Assembly: GCF_009834535.1 (NCBI RefSeq)
Contig: NC_045696.1
Coordinates: 62,622,001-62,686,000, forward strand
DNA: 64,000 bases
Reading direction: 5' to 3'
Origin: Camelus ferus
Lineage: Eukaryota
This document shows, piece after piece, positions 48,805-60,146 of this stretch. Below the pieces are notes generated by a model that did not search any database, had not been told where the DNA came from, and saw only the letters and a program-made list of their open reading frames with translations. The position numbers were made by a program, and so were the translations under genes. The first letter of the stretch is position 1; every line of letters begins with the position of its first letter.

Positions 48805-49244
48805 GCTTAGGAGACAGGAGGGAAGGGGACCGGGCACAACCATTGAAGGAGGGACACGGCAATTGAGGACAGGACAAAATGGTTAGAACCAAGATGGCAG
48901 CCGATTCAACTTTCAGTAGACTTTGAGCCTCATGGCACACCCACAGGCTCCGTGACAGTTCCTAGGCTGACCTCAAAAGGTCCAAAAATGGGCGGAGGCC
49001 CGATTCCTGGAAATCCTGTGCCTTCCCTGAAAGCTGTTGGAATAATCCTCCTACTTGTTAATATGAAATTACTGAGCCCATAAAACTTGACTACTCTGTA
49101 CCCCATGATCTCTCTCTGTCTCACCTTCTTAGAAGGCCCACACTCTGTGGAGTGTGCCTCTCTCTAAATGAACTTGCTTTCACTTTACTATGCCTCTCTC
49201 TTGAATTCTTTCCTGTGCGAAGCAATAACCTGTTCTCCGACAAC
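48805..49244 (+). mobile_element. MER41-like ERV1 solo LTR
   Basis: Colinear blocks resembling MER41: caagatggc; cacacccac..gtgacagtt; ggtccaaaaatggg; ttcctggaa..ttccctgaa..gaataatcc; aacttgctttcactttact; tgaattctttcctgtgcga. Termini are approximate. Confidence 0.78.
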
Positions 49245-49833
49245 TCTTACTCTGGCTCCTGGACATCCTTGGGAATGTTCCTGGGCCTCCAGAGAGTGCT
49301 GCAGGCACTGTGGCCTTGGCTGTGCCTGACTGCCTCACCCCTACCCCCAGCATAGTTAATTGGGGCTCCCCTACAGCCATCCTGTTCTCCAGCCAAAGGA
49401 GCTGCCTGAAATTGTTTTTGGTCAAACGCACAGCCTGCTTTCCTACTTCCTGGGCTTGCTCAGCTCTTCCTTCAGCCCCCATGTACCCACTCTGTGTATC
49501 AGAAGGACCCCCAGAGGGCAGGCTCCCCCAAAACACAGGGTATCAGCAGGGCTGCCTCTGTCTGGACCTCTGCAGGGGGTGAAAACCCCTAGAGAGTCCC
49601 AAGTCAGTTGTGATGGGACATGACATGAACCTGAACTTTTTTGTAAAATCTGAAAGCAGGGGTCGGGGTGATTCCCATCATGTATGGATAGGAACTCTCA
49701 GCAGGCAAGGATTCCACTAAGTGAATAGAATCAGCATGTGGGTTTGGCGTTCTGATGGTAAAATGCTGCTTTAGAGCTGCTCATCTTCCAGGGAGCTGTC
49801 ACAGGCCTTGTATGCCTTAAACCTTGGCTTTTC

Positions 49834-49937
49834 TTTTTTTTTTTTTTTTGGTGGAGTTGCTGGGGATTGAACCCAGGATCTCGTGCATGCTAAGCACATA
49901 CTCTACCATTGAGCTATGCCCTGCCCTCTGAAGTTTA
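49834..49937 (-). mobile_element. vic-1-type SINE, copy 3
   Basis: Poly-T followed by gtggagttgctggggattgaacccaggatctcgtgcatgctaagcacatactctaccattgagctatgccc. Exact TSD cttggcttttc at 49823-49833 and 49938-49948. Confidence 0.9.
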
Positions 49938-51008
49938 CTTGGCTTTTCCACTTCTGTCCCTCACACCAGCTTCTTGCTTTCGTTCAGGACTGACTTCTTA
50001 ACTAGGCTTTGCTGGTTCCTGCCCTAATCTCACTCACATCTTAAACTCTGGTCTGTCACTTCTCCCTGAGAGGTGAGTGAGTGTGTGGGGGGCAGTGGGT
50101 GATGGTTTTCCTTCTGCACTGAATTGGGGTAGCCAGGTTCAATATTGATATTTTTAAAAGCATCATCTATCACATAAAAAGCTTTGTCCGTTACCATCAT
50201 TAATCATGGAACTGTGACATTTGGGGAACTCATGGGGCTTGGGACAGGAGTGAACTTTTGACTGAGCTGATTTGGTGGCTAACTCCAAGTAAACTCCGTC
50301 TTACCAGACTCTGATGAGTGTCCTGGCCCTCCTCTGATGCTATCCCAGGAACCCTAGACTTTCCTCCTCCTCCTCCCCATCGCTTCTTCCTCTTCTTCTT
50401 ATGAGAAAGTGAGACTCATGCAGATCCACACAAGCAGAGGGATTGTTATGGGAGGGGCTGGAACGAGGGAGCTCGGAACTTGGGGCAGCTGTGGGGACCC
50501 GTCTGTTTTGGTGATTCTTTCTCTTTCCCTCTAATGATATCTTTGTTTCTGTCTATACTTCTCCATTTTATTCTCTCTACGCTGCTTTTTGAAAATGTTT
50601 TTTTCCATTCCTACGGAACTGAAGCTTGCGTGGGGCTTTGGTTTGTTATGACTGCCCCATAACAGGCATCATCTCTTAATACTTTCCATTTCAGATCCTG
50701 AAAGAGAATCTTCTGGCCAGCCTGCAGGCCATGAATTGTTGACTTTATTGGTCATCCAGTCAGCTGGAACCAGAGCAGGTGGGGCCGTGTGGACCCAAAC
50801 CCGGCCACCTGGGTCTGCCTCTGCAGCTAGGGTGTGGGAGGGGACAGGTGTGTGATTGTTGCTCTCAGATGTCGAGCAGCCATCTGCACTAGAGGGGAGA
50901 AGAAGGGGAAAGACAGGCATCAGATGTGGGTCTTGCCCTCCTGATTTTATTTTCTAGTGAAGGAATTGGAAGTTCCTGTCATACAGAGGCATCGACTTTG
51001 GGGGATAT

Positions 51009-51473
51009 TGTAGGCAGCCTCTGAGATGACTCCCACTGATTCTCATCTCCTGGTGTTCATGCCTTTCGCCTGAGTGTGGGTTGGACTTATGACCTGTTTA
51101 TAGTGAATAGAATATGGTGGAAATGATGGCTTAACACTTCTGAGAATGTTATTGAAGACTGTGGCTTCCATCTTCGTTACCTTTTCTCTTTCTCTGAGCC
51201 CTTGCTTGGGAGGAAGCCAGCTGTCATGTTATGAGCTGCCCTGTGGAGAGGCCCACATGGTAAGGGATTGACATCTCTGGCCAACAGCCCAGGGGATCTG
51301 AGGCCCACCAGCAGACACGGGAGTGAACCGCGAGATGATGGCAGTCTGTGAGCCAGGGCATCCGGCTAAGCTGTGCCTGAATTGTCTCAGAAGCTGTGAG
51401 ATAATAAATGTTTGTTGTTTTCAGCTGCTGAGTTTTGGGTTAACTTGTTATGTGGCAGTAAATAACTGATATG
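51009..51473 (+). mobile_element. MLT1F-type (MaLR) solo LTR
   Basis: tgtaggcagcctctgagatg...gagctgccctgtggagaggcccacatgg...gtgagataataaatgtttgttgtttt...aataactgata. Confidence 0.85.
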
Positions 51474-52114
51474 GGGGTATATGCACAGAGCTGTGAGAGG
51501 GTAAAGGTGGGGTGCACCTTTGGCCGAAGAATTTGGGGGAGGCTTTGAGAAGAATGTGGCATTTGAGTGAGGCCGGCCTTTTTTCCTGGGAGTGGTCTGC
51601 ACAGGGTGGGCCATCTGTGCTTATGTTATCAGAAGGAGGGAGGCTGATCTGGCAGTCCTGTTTTCCAAGGTGGGTCAGGTGAACACAGTTTTTCTGTTGC
51701 ATGGCCTCTAAGAACATCCATATCTTCTGTTGAAGAGGTGGGGCAGGATTTGCTGTTTCCTCCAGCCTCCCGCTCAGCCTGACGCGTGGCATCTCTGATG
51801 AAGGTTGGGTCTCCTGGGCCCTGGTGGCCTGCATCACGGCGCTGCCAGGCTGCCTAGCACCTGACACACTGATTGGAGAGCGACAGCTCTGAGTGCACAA
51901 GCCTGCCCTTCCACGTACTCCTTGGACCTGCGCTGTCCGGAAGCCCACTGGGCCACCTTCCCCACAGCTCAGCTGGGGGCCCTGCCTTGAGGGTTCTTTG
52001 AGACAAAGGCTGGCCAAGCCTCTGCTGGAAAAGTCTGAAGACCTGAGCTAAAGTCTTGTTTCTCTTTCTTACTGATGATGTGGCCTTTAGCAAAGCAGTG
52101 AGTGTCCTCTCTGG

Positions 52115-52530
52115 GATTTTTTTTTTTTTAATTCCTGCACCTTTTATTATGAAAAATTCAAATATATACAAAAGTAGAGAATAGCACAATGAACTCTCAC
52201 ATCCCCATCACCCAGCTTCAACAGTTATCAGCTCATAGCCTGTCTCGTCGCTATGCCCACCCACTGCCCTCTCCCTCAACCCTGGGTTATTTCAAAGCAC
52301 ATACTGGATATCATGATATTATTTTATTCTTAAGTTTGATAAGTAGCTCTAACATATAAGTAATTTTTTTTACATAAACACAGTATCTTTATTATATTGA
52401 ACAAAATTAACAATAAGTCCTTATCATCTAATATCCAAGCAGTGTTCACATTCTTTAATTGTCTTAGAAATGCGTATTTGTAGGTTTGTTCAAATCAGGA
52501 TCCAGACAAGGGCTACATGTCTCCTAAGTC
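52115..52530 (-). mobile_element. L1MC-type 3' end
   Basis: ttttattatgaaaaattcaaatatatacaaaagtagagaatag...ccccatcacccagcttcaacagttatca...tcaaatcaggatccagacaagg. Confidence 0.8.
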
Positions 52531-53420
52531 TTTCTTTCTTTTTGTAAATTAAACTTTTAATTTTGAGATATTAGTAGATGAGCAGGTAGGTGTAAGAAAG
52601 AATACAGAGATCCTTTACCCACTTCCTCCCAATGGTACCATCTCTCAAGACTACAATATATCAGGACTACTAGGGTCCTGAAGTTTTGTTTGCTTTGTTT
52701 TGTTTTTAATCTTTTAAAAATATTATTATTATTTTTTTTATTTTGGTGATGGCGGGGAGGTAATTAGGTTTATTTATTTTTAGAGGAGGTACTGGAGATT
52801 GAACCCAGGACCTTGTGTATGCTAAGCGTGTGTTTCACCACTTGAGCTATACCGTGCCCCTGGATCCTGATATTTTGATGCCCAGAAGGTACAGAGCATC
52901 CTATTATTATAAGGATCCTTCATGTTGCTCTTTCACAGCCACCCCCCCGCCCTGCCACACACACCCTTGGCAACCACTATTCTGTTTGCCATTTCTATAT
53001 TTTTGTCATTTCAGGAATGTTATATAAATGGAATCATAAAGTGTGTAACCTTTTGAGATTGACTTTTTTTTTTTTTTCACTCAACACAGTTCTCTGGAGA
53101 TTCTTTCAAGTTGTTGCTTGTGTCAAAAATCCATTCCTTTTTACTGCTGAGTAATATTCCATGGTCTAGCTATACCACAGTTTGTTTCACCATTCACCCA
53201 TTTAAGGATATCTGGGTTGTTTCCAGTTTTTGGTTATTATGAATAAAGCTGCTGTGACATTTGTGTACAAGTTTTTGTACGAACATATGGAATAAATGCC
53301 TGAAAGTACGGTAGCTGGTTTTTACAGTAGTTCTATGCTTAGTTTTATAAGAAACTGCCAAAGGCTTTTCCAGAGTGGCTGTGCCATTTTACATGTCTAC
53401 CAGTGATGTGTGAGTGTTTC
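52531..53420 (-). mobile_element. L1MC/MD-type 3' end interrupted by a SINE
   Basis: tgtaagaaagaatacagagatcc...ttggcaaccactattctg...gttatataaatggaatcata...taagaaactgccaaa...ttccagagtggctgtgccattttacat. Confidence 0.8.
52689..52861 (-). mobile_element. vic-1-type SINE, copy 4
   Basis: ggggaggtaattaggtttatttatttttagaggaggtactggagattgaacccaggaccttgtgtatgctaagc...gagctatacc. Diverged TSD gggtcctgaagttttg / ggatcctgatattttg. Confidence 0.88.
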
Positions 53421-55459
53421 TCGAGTCTCTTTTAATCTATGGGTCTTCTCTCCCTCTGCCTCTATTTTCTGCCCTACCAGCTAGGGATAAAACTTGTGCT
53501 TTGATTATCTTGTATGATGGAGATGATACATGTGATGCTGCTTTATAAACTGTCCCTAACTGGGACTGTTGGTGCTTCTCTTTTGTTGGGTATCTGAAGA
53601 TGGCATCGCAGCACCTCGGGAAGTATGGTAGATGCTGACTCTCTGCCCCAGTGTTTCCCAGCCTGGCTGGATTCTGCAAGGCGGCTGGGTCACCAGGGTA
53701 GCCACACATCAAACAAAACTTAATACAGCTTGGCTTTTAAAGGACACTGGGGGCAGGAATGAGATATTCAGGTTGCCTGAGCAACCCATGAGACCGTAGT
53801 CCCTGCCCACCACTCTGGCAGGCTCTGGTGACCTCTCTGGCTGCTAGGACTGGTCCTTCAGGGACCTCTCATTCTTCCTTGTCCCAGCTGCCTGCTGACC
53901 CAAAGGCAGAGATGCCAGCGTGTGTAGCATGAGCGTGTGCGTGCATGCTGGCCTTTTAGCCACAGGTCCGTACCAGATTTGCTTAAGATGATGACAATTT
54001 TCCAGTACACTGTGTGCAGCAAATTTCAGGTTCTATTAGAAGTAAAACTGTGAGGCTTTTTCAAAGCACTTTCCTTGTCTTCTCCCTTGTACTGTGTCTG
54101 CCACGACTGTAATTTCCTCCATGTTGTCATCCCTCCCCTTCCCGTACTGAGCTGTTGACCGATGGCCTTGATGTTAGCGGCAGCCTCTGTTCCAAGGACT
54201 GACCTGACTAAATGTCCCCAGGTTCCTGGGTGACCTCAGACAAGAAGCACAGCAGTTCCCTGGCCTCCAGCCCCTTAGCATCAAGAATGACAGTCCCGGT
54301 GTACCGCAGCATGGGGCTGTGAAGAGTCAGTAATAGACTTAACGGAGCAACACTGCGCAGAGGATTCGTTCTGGAGAGACACTGAAAGCAGAGAGGATGA
54401 TTCTGTCAGGCTGTTTGCCCCTTACTTTAAACACCAAGCAATTACTTAGATCTCTCTTTTTTGCATGCCGGAAAATGAGATTTCTGTTTTGTTAGAGCCA
54501 GTCCTTTTGTGGGTTTCCTCTAGTGCCAGCATGCTCCCCTTTTGCTTTGCTGTCCATCCCAGGCCTGGGTTTAGGGTTGTGTTTGCTGCGCTCTTAATGG
54601 ATATGTGGCCCCAAAGGGGTTTTTAGTGAGGCACCGGGGTGGGTGCAAGCCCTTGAATTAACAAATAATGGTCGTGGAAGTCCGGGCGTGGAGGACCCTG
54701 GCCAGAGTGTTCAAGTCGAAGCAGCTCAGAGGTGCAAGTGAGACCTGCAGTCAGGGGGCAGTCAGAGGTTTCTTTGGGGCAGCTCTGCACAGAGCCCGCT
54801 GGCTGTTTCTGTCTCGTCGTCCCTGACACGTCGCCTCTCTTTGGGGGTGAGGCTCCAGGAGCCAAGCTCTTGCCTTGGTGGCCACGTGCCACTCTTCTTT
54901 GGGCCGCTGTGACTCAGCAGTGACCTTTCTGAGGGCGGTCACTCTTCGGGTCACAAGCTTGGAGGCCCTGAGGGCCCAGGGCACACTGCTGATCACACGG
55001 TCCCTTTCACTTACGTCTTACTTTCTGTAACACTTTTATTAGCACCCGCCATGGACTAGGTCGCCTGTGAGAAGTGCTAGGATGCTGCCTCCACAGAGCC
55101 TACAGGCTGCTGAGGGAGAGACCCCAACCCCAGTCTCTCCCTCCCAGCTGCCGTGCCCTCTCCATATTCTTGCAGCTATCTTGTTGGGTCAGACCCTTTT
55201 TGTAAAGTGTGATAGTAGTAACAGATGCCATGGTTCAGAGAAGGCTCACCTTGCGCCAGGCATGTGCTGAGTGCCTTACTGTGTGTATTATCGTATCCCT
55301 CGTGAGCCCAGAGGGAGGTGCAGTTCCCTCCTCTACAGGTGAAGAGAGTTGGGCCCAGAGAGATGAGGTACGTTGCCCCAAGACACAGCACTGATAGGAG
55401 AGCTGGACAGAACGTGGTCTCCCTGACTCCAGGGCCTGCTCTTTACCAGTATAAAGGGC

Positions 55460-55845
55460 TTTGGACGATCCACAAACCTGGCAGGAACGAAGACGAATGT
55501 TGCAGTCAGCCTTCATTCTCAAAAATAACTTCCAGGAACAATTAACAGCGCACAGCCCCAAAGAACCAAGCACATAGAAAACAAACTACAGTGAGCGAGA
55601 ACCAGCAAAATCCAGAGACAGCAGAAGTAGACCGTCTAAGACTTCAGATGTTAGAATTATCAGACAAATCATAAAAAATGCATGCTAACCATATATAGAG
55701 AAACAAAAGACAAGCCTGAAAATACCTGCAGGGAACTATAAAAAAAAATGACCTAATCTGTTTGAAAAATGACCAAATAAAACTGTTAGAAATAAAGAAT
55801 ACAGTAATCAAAACAAAAAGCTGTGGATGATCAGTTAGAAAAATC
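55460..55845 (+). mobile_element. Ancient L1/HAL1 5'-ORF1-region remnant
   Basis: A-rich: agaaccagcaaaa...gacttcagatgttagaattatcagaca...accaaataaaactgttagaaataaagaatacagtaatc. Confidence 0.55.
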
Positions 55846-55849
55846 TTAA

Positions 55850-56610
55850 AAATGCAGATTTTTAAAAGCAACTAGCCCACAGATTCCTTTGTTCCTTCTT
55901 TCCTACCCCATTTCTACCCCCCACTTCCCCTCTTCAAGGGTAAGCGTTGTAAATAGGTTCGTATTTTAGGCCTTTTTCTATGCATTTATGCACATATATA
56001 TGTCAACACACAACAGAGGCTTTTTTTTTTAAATATAAATGAGATTACACTCTACGTTTTGACTTGCAACTTGCTTTTTTCCCCCCACTTAATGACATGA
56101 TAGACATTGAGATATCAATGCATATAGATTTACCACATTGATGAAACTGATTTAATTTAAAAATTTTTGTTGTCTTATTTTCAACCACCTCTACATGGTA
56201 GAAAATTCAGAAAACATAAAAGGATATACAGAGAAAATAAGTCTTAGCCTCGCCTCTGCCACCAAGTTCTTGACTTCCTGGAAAGGTTCTGCACCTTATT
56301 TTTTTTTTTCACTTAAGAATATTTCTTGCTGATATTTTCAGATCAGTCTGTTTATGGGTGCCTTGTTCTTTTTATAGCTACAGAGTATCTATTGTATGGA
56401 ATTTAATTTACTTAACTGGTCTTTTATTGATGTACCTTTAGATTATGTCCAAATTTTGTAATCAAAAACATTTCTGCAGTTACTATCTTGTTCGCAAATG
56501 GTTGTACACATATGCAGGATTTTGTTGGATAAATTGTTGAGGCAAAGGTGTGTGCATTTAAAATTTTGATAGATGTTGCCAGATTTCCCTCCATCATATT
56601 TGTATCAAGT
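55850..56610 (-). mobile_element. Old L1ME-type fragments
   Basis: gttctttttatagctacagagtatctattgtatgga...gcatttaaaattttgatagatgttgccagatt. Confidence 0.6.
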
Positions 56611-57210
56611 TCTTTTTTTTATTTTTAAGATTTTTTTATTGAGTTATAGTCATTTTACAATGTTGTGTCAAATTCCAGTGTAGAGCACAATTTTTCAGTT
56701 ATACATGAACATACATATATTCATTGTTACTTTTTTTTTCCAGTGTGAGCTACCACAAGATTTTGTATGTATTTCCCTGTGCTATACTGTATAATCTTGT
56801 TTACATATGCCTGTCAGTATCTATAAATTTTGAAATCTCAGTCTGTCCCTTCCTATCCCCTCCCCCCTTGGCAACCACAAGTTTGTATTCTATGTTTATG
56901 AGTCTGTTTCTGTTTTGTATTTATGTTCTTTTTTTTTTTTTTTTTTTAGATTCCACATATGAGCGATCTCATATGGTATTTTTCTTTCTCTTTCTGGCTT
57001 ACTTCACTTAGAATGACATTCTCCAGGGACACCCATGTTGCTCCAAATGGCATTATGTTGGTTTTTATGGCTGAATAGTATTCCATTGTATAAATATACC
57101 GCATCTTCTTTATCCAGTCATATGTTGATGGACATTTAGGCTGTTTCCATGTCTTGGCTATTGTAAATAGTGATACTGTGAACATTGGGGCGCAGGTGCC
57201 TTTTCTTTGA
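56611..57210 (-). mobile_element. Relatively young 5'-truncated L1 (ORF2 C-terminus + 3'UTR), probably camelid-lineage
   Basis: Minus strand encodes CAPMFTVSLFTIAKTWKQPKCPS...WIKKMRYIYTMEYYSAIK...LSEVSQKEKEKYHMRSLICGI, the L1 ORF2 C-terminus, followed by a 3'UTR and A-rich tail. Confidence 0.92.
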
Positions 57211-58904
57211 ATAATACATGTCCTTAGCCCAGTTTTCGATTGGGTCGTTGACCTTTTCTTACTGATTTCAAGGATCTCTTTATTTATTAAGGAAATTAGC
57301 ATTTTTGCCCCTGATATACAGTGAAAGTATTTTTTCATTGTCTTTTGCCTTTTTCCCTACAAGGACTAAAAAAAACTGTGTTGTCCGCTGCGTCAGTCTT
57401 TCCTTTTGTGACTTGTAGATTTTGTGTCACATCTGGAAAATTCCTCTTCACTCCAAGATTATAAAAAACATTATTTCTTGATTTCTGATGAAGCAATTTG
57501 TAAATTGTAGTGTAGACAGAGAAACAAACTATCATTACCCTTAAGGATTATGCTGGCCTGCCTTCTCTGAATTCATCTAAAGGAGCTCTTCTTTCGAGGT
57601 GGCCCGAGGGGGTGACTCCAAATATAGAGTGTTGGAAACTAGGGGATGTGACAGTCTTTTCTACGTGGGGCTTGTGGACACCAAATTGACAGTGTTCTCA
57701 GGATTCCTAGGTTTTCACCTTTGGCAGCTGTTGGGAGACTTGGCAGGCTATGCATATGGGAGTATGTGTAAGTTTAAGGAAAGATGGACAGGATGGTGGG
57801 CAATGGAACCAGTGCACTCTAAGGCCCACGCCTAAGGCTTCCTCTTGCCAACATAGGGCTTGGTTGGGTGCTGCCAGCATTTGCTTCTGAGATTCTCTTT
57901 GTCTTTTGATTGACGGTTTACATTTTAAGACTTATTAATATATTCTGTCGGGCTACCGCCAATTTTTTTGGCCAGGGACTTAGTTGGTCTCCTTAAGATG
58001 ACATTGCAATCTCTGCCTTGTTCCACTGTGTGTTGATTTTAGGATTAGTTCTAAACATTTATGTTTATTTCTTTTGTTTCCACATTGTTAGGACTGTCTC
58101 TGTAGACTTTTGTGCTGACAACTGGAACAAAGTGAGATTTAACACCCCAGAAACTTGTTCCAAGTATGAAATTGGCTTCAGCCAATTCCTTTGTACTCTT
58201 GGCTCTTAGTTAGCTCTCAGTTACCTGTGCCGATGGAGGGGAGGAGCAGAGAGGTGGCTAAGTCCCAAACTCAGAATTAATCAGAATGCTGAGGCTTTGG
58301 GTCCCTCCGGGCTTCGGGATATGATGCCTTTATCCCTTGGCCGGTCAGGTTATGTGAGGTTCAGATGGTCTCTGGGACGTGTGTATCAACCCAGCTGGGG
58401 CCCAGGTCTGCAGGGGCCAGAATAGATGTCAAGATGACTTGAAGTGTGACAAGCCAGTGGAGTGAACCCAAGGGAAAGGGAAACCTGAGACTCTAGTACA
58501 GTTTCTGAGTCCAGAAGGGTAGAAATGGGATCATCATCAGGACAAGGCCTGGGCTAAAGTGAGTATAGAATTGGGGGGGAGGATCTGGGATCGTTGGGGC
58601 TTACTTTTATTGGCACCTGCTTTGAGAGTGTTAGGATGGCTTAAAGGTAGAGAGTGGTGATGGACTTGCAGAGATAGGTAGCTATAAGGAATGTCCCAGA
58701 AGCAGCTGGGTAAAAGTACATGCTGGGGTTTCCAGGATATACAGAGCACCTCTCTCTGCAGGGACTGAGGGCCCTTCCCAACAGTCCTGACCTCGTCCAG
58801 CCAATGATTTGAAAGGCAATAGGTTTGACAGTCTCTTCATAGAGGAACTCAGAAGTTGAGTGGATTTTATAAGATGCTGGAAGGGATGCTGTGATCATCC
58901 AGGC

Positions 58905-59145
58905 CAGTTGGCTCTTCACAAGAGGGTGGATCAGTATAACTCAGGGAGTTTTTTAAAAAATATTTTGCCTGGGTTCCAGCACTCAGATCTTTTTTTTTTT
59001 TTTTTTTTTCTGGATGGGAATTTTATATACAGTGAGAATAGAGATTTGTAACTCAGTAGGTTTGGGGCTGGATCTAGACAGGATTATTTAAAAAAAAAAG
59101 TGCTCTGCACAGGTCCAGTGTTTATCTCCAGTTGAGAATCTTTGT
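58905..59145. mobile_element. MER5-like element interrupted by a poly-T run
   Basis: ggagttttttaaaaaata..gcctgggttcc...(T)n...actcagtaggtttggggc...agttgagaatc. Confidence 0.45.
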
Positions 59146-59654
59146 TCACATCACCCCTAAATTTTACTGATGGTGAGATGAGGCCCAGAGAGGTGACTGA
59201 TGGTAGAGCACAAGAGCACAGAGGACTCTGGGGTTTGTATTGGACCAGGGACCCGAGCCCAGGTGTCCTTCTGGTGGTCCAGGACTCCTTCCACCGAATG
59301 ACTGTTATCCTTAAATGAGTGGCTGATGAAGTCAGAATAGAACAAGGCTGTTTGACCCCCTATTCTCATCCCAGTCTAAGCAGGTATTTCCAGGTTTACT
59401 TCATGTCAGGTGTGGTCCCAGATCCCTGCCCTACAGAGTCCAGGACAGGGTTCACATGAGTCAACTGATTGTGGGTTGGTGAACTTTGGTCACCAAAGCT
59501 CTGGCCTATGGAAAGCCAAGTTGTAAGGATGAAAGGCAAGTTCTGTGTCCTGGTGCAGGTCTCTTGGTAAGCACTGGGAAAAGCATTTTCCAGGCTTGAT
59601 TCCAGCAGAGTTATGGAATTCCACTACCACCGTTTCCACTACTGCTACCAGTGA

Positions 59655-59830
59655 ACCATGTTGTGCACGTGAGTAAATTATCTCACATGATCCACCCTTG
59701 GGAATCATTTACCCCATGTTACAGGTAAGGAAGCAGGTTAAGTAACATGGCCAAGGTTACCTGGCTGGCTGGTTTGTAGCTGGAATTCCAGTCTAGGCAG
59801 AATGACTCTGACCCTGGGCTCCTACCCAGA
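59655..59830 (-). mobile_element. MIR SINE
   Basis: ccccatgttacaggtaaggaagcaggttaagtaacatggccaaggttac. Confidence 0.7.
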
Positions 59831-59879
59831 CTGCTTCATGGTCTCCCAGAGCATCGGATTTGAAAGAAATCTTGTAGAG

Positions 59880-60146
59880 CAGCATTCCCTAAACTACAGG
59901 TTCCAGGGAAGACCCTTATAAGAAGTGTGAAAAGCAGTGATGGAAAAACATGTGGAAGCACAGCGTGGGATCCCTCCTTGGAGGCTGATCGAGTGCTTCA
60001 TCACGCTGGTGACGCAACAAGGAAATCACTTCTAAATTTGATTCATCGGCAGTTCCCAAATTGATTCACACATGGAACACTTCTTTCCGCATCATCCTAA
60101 ATGGCTTTCAGGCCAGTGTTCCTCAAACGCAGTTTGGGAAACACCA
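59880..60146. mobile_element. MER103-like hAT element
   Basis: Termini cagcattccctaaact ... cagtttgggaaacacc; internal ccctccttggag and cagttcccaaa. Confidence 0.5.

Noticed and set aside
56946..57338. 130-aa ORF on the - strand
   Set aside because: Fusion of a truncated L1 ORF2 C-terminus with older L1 debris; not a host gene or an autonomous element.
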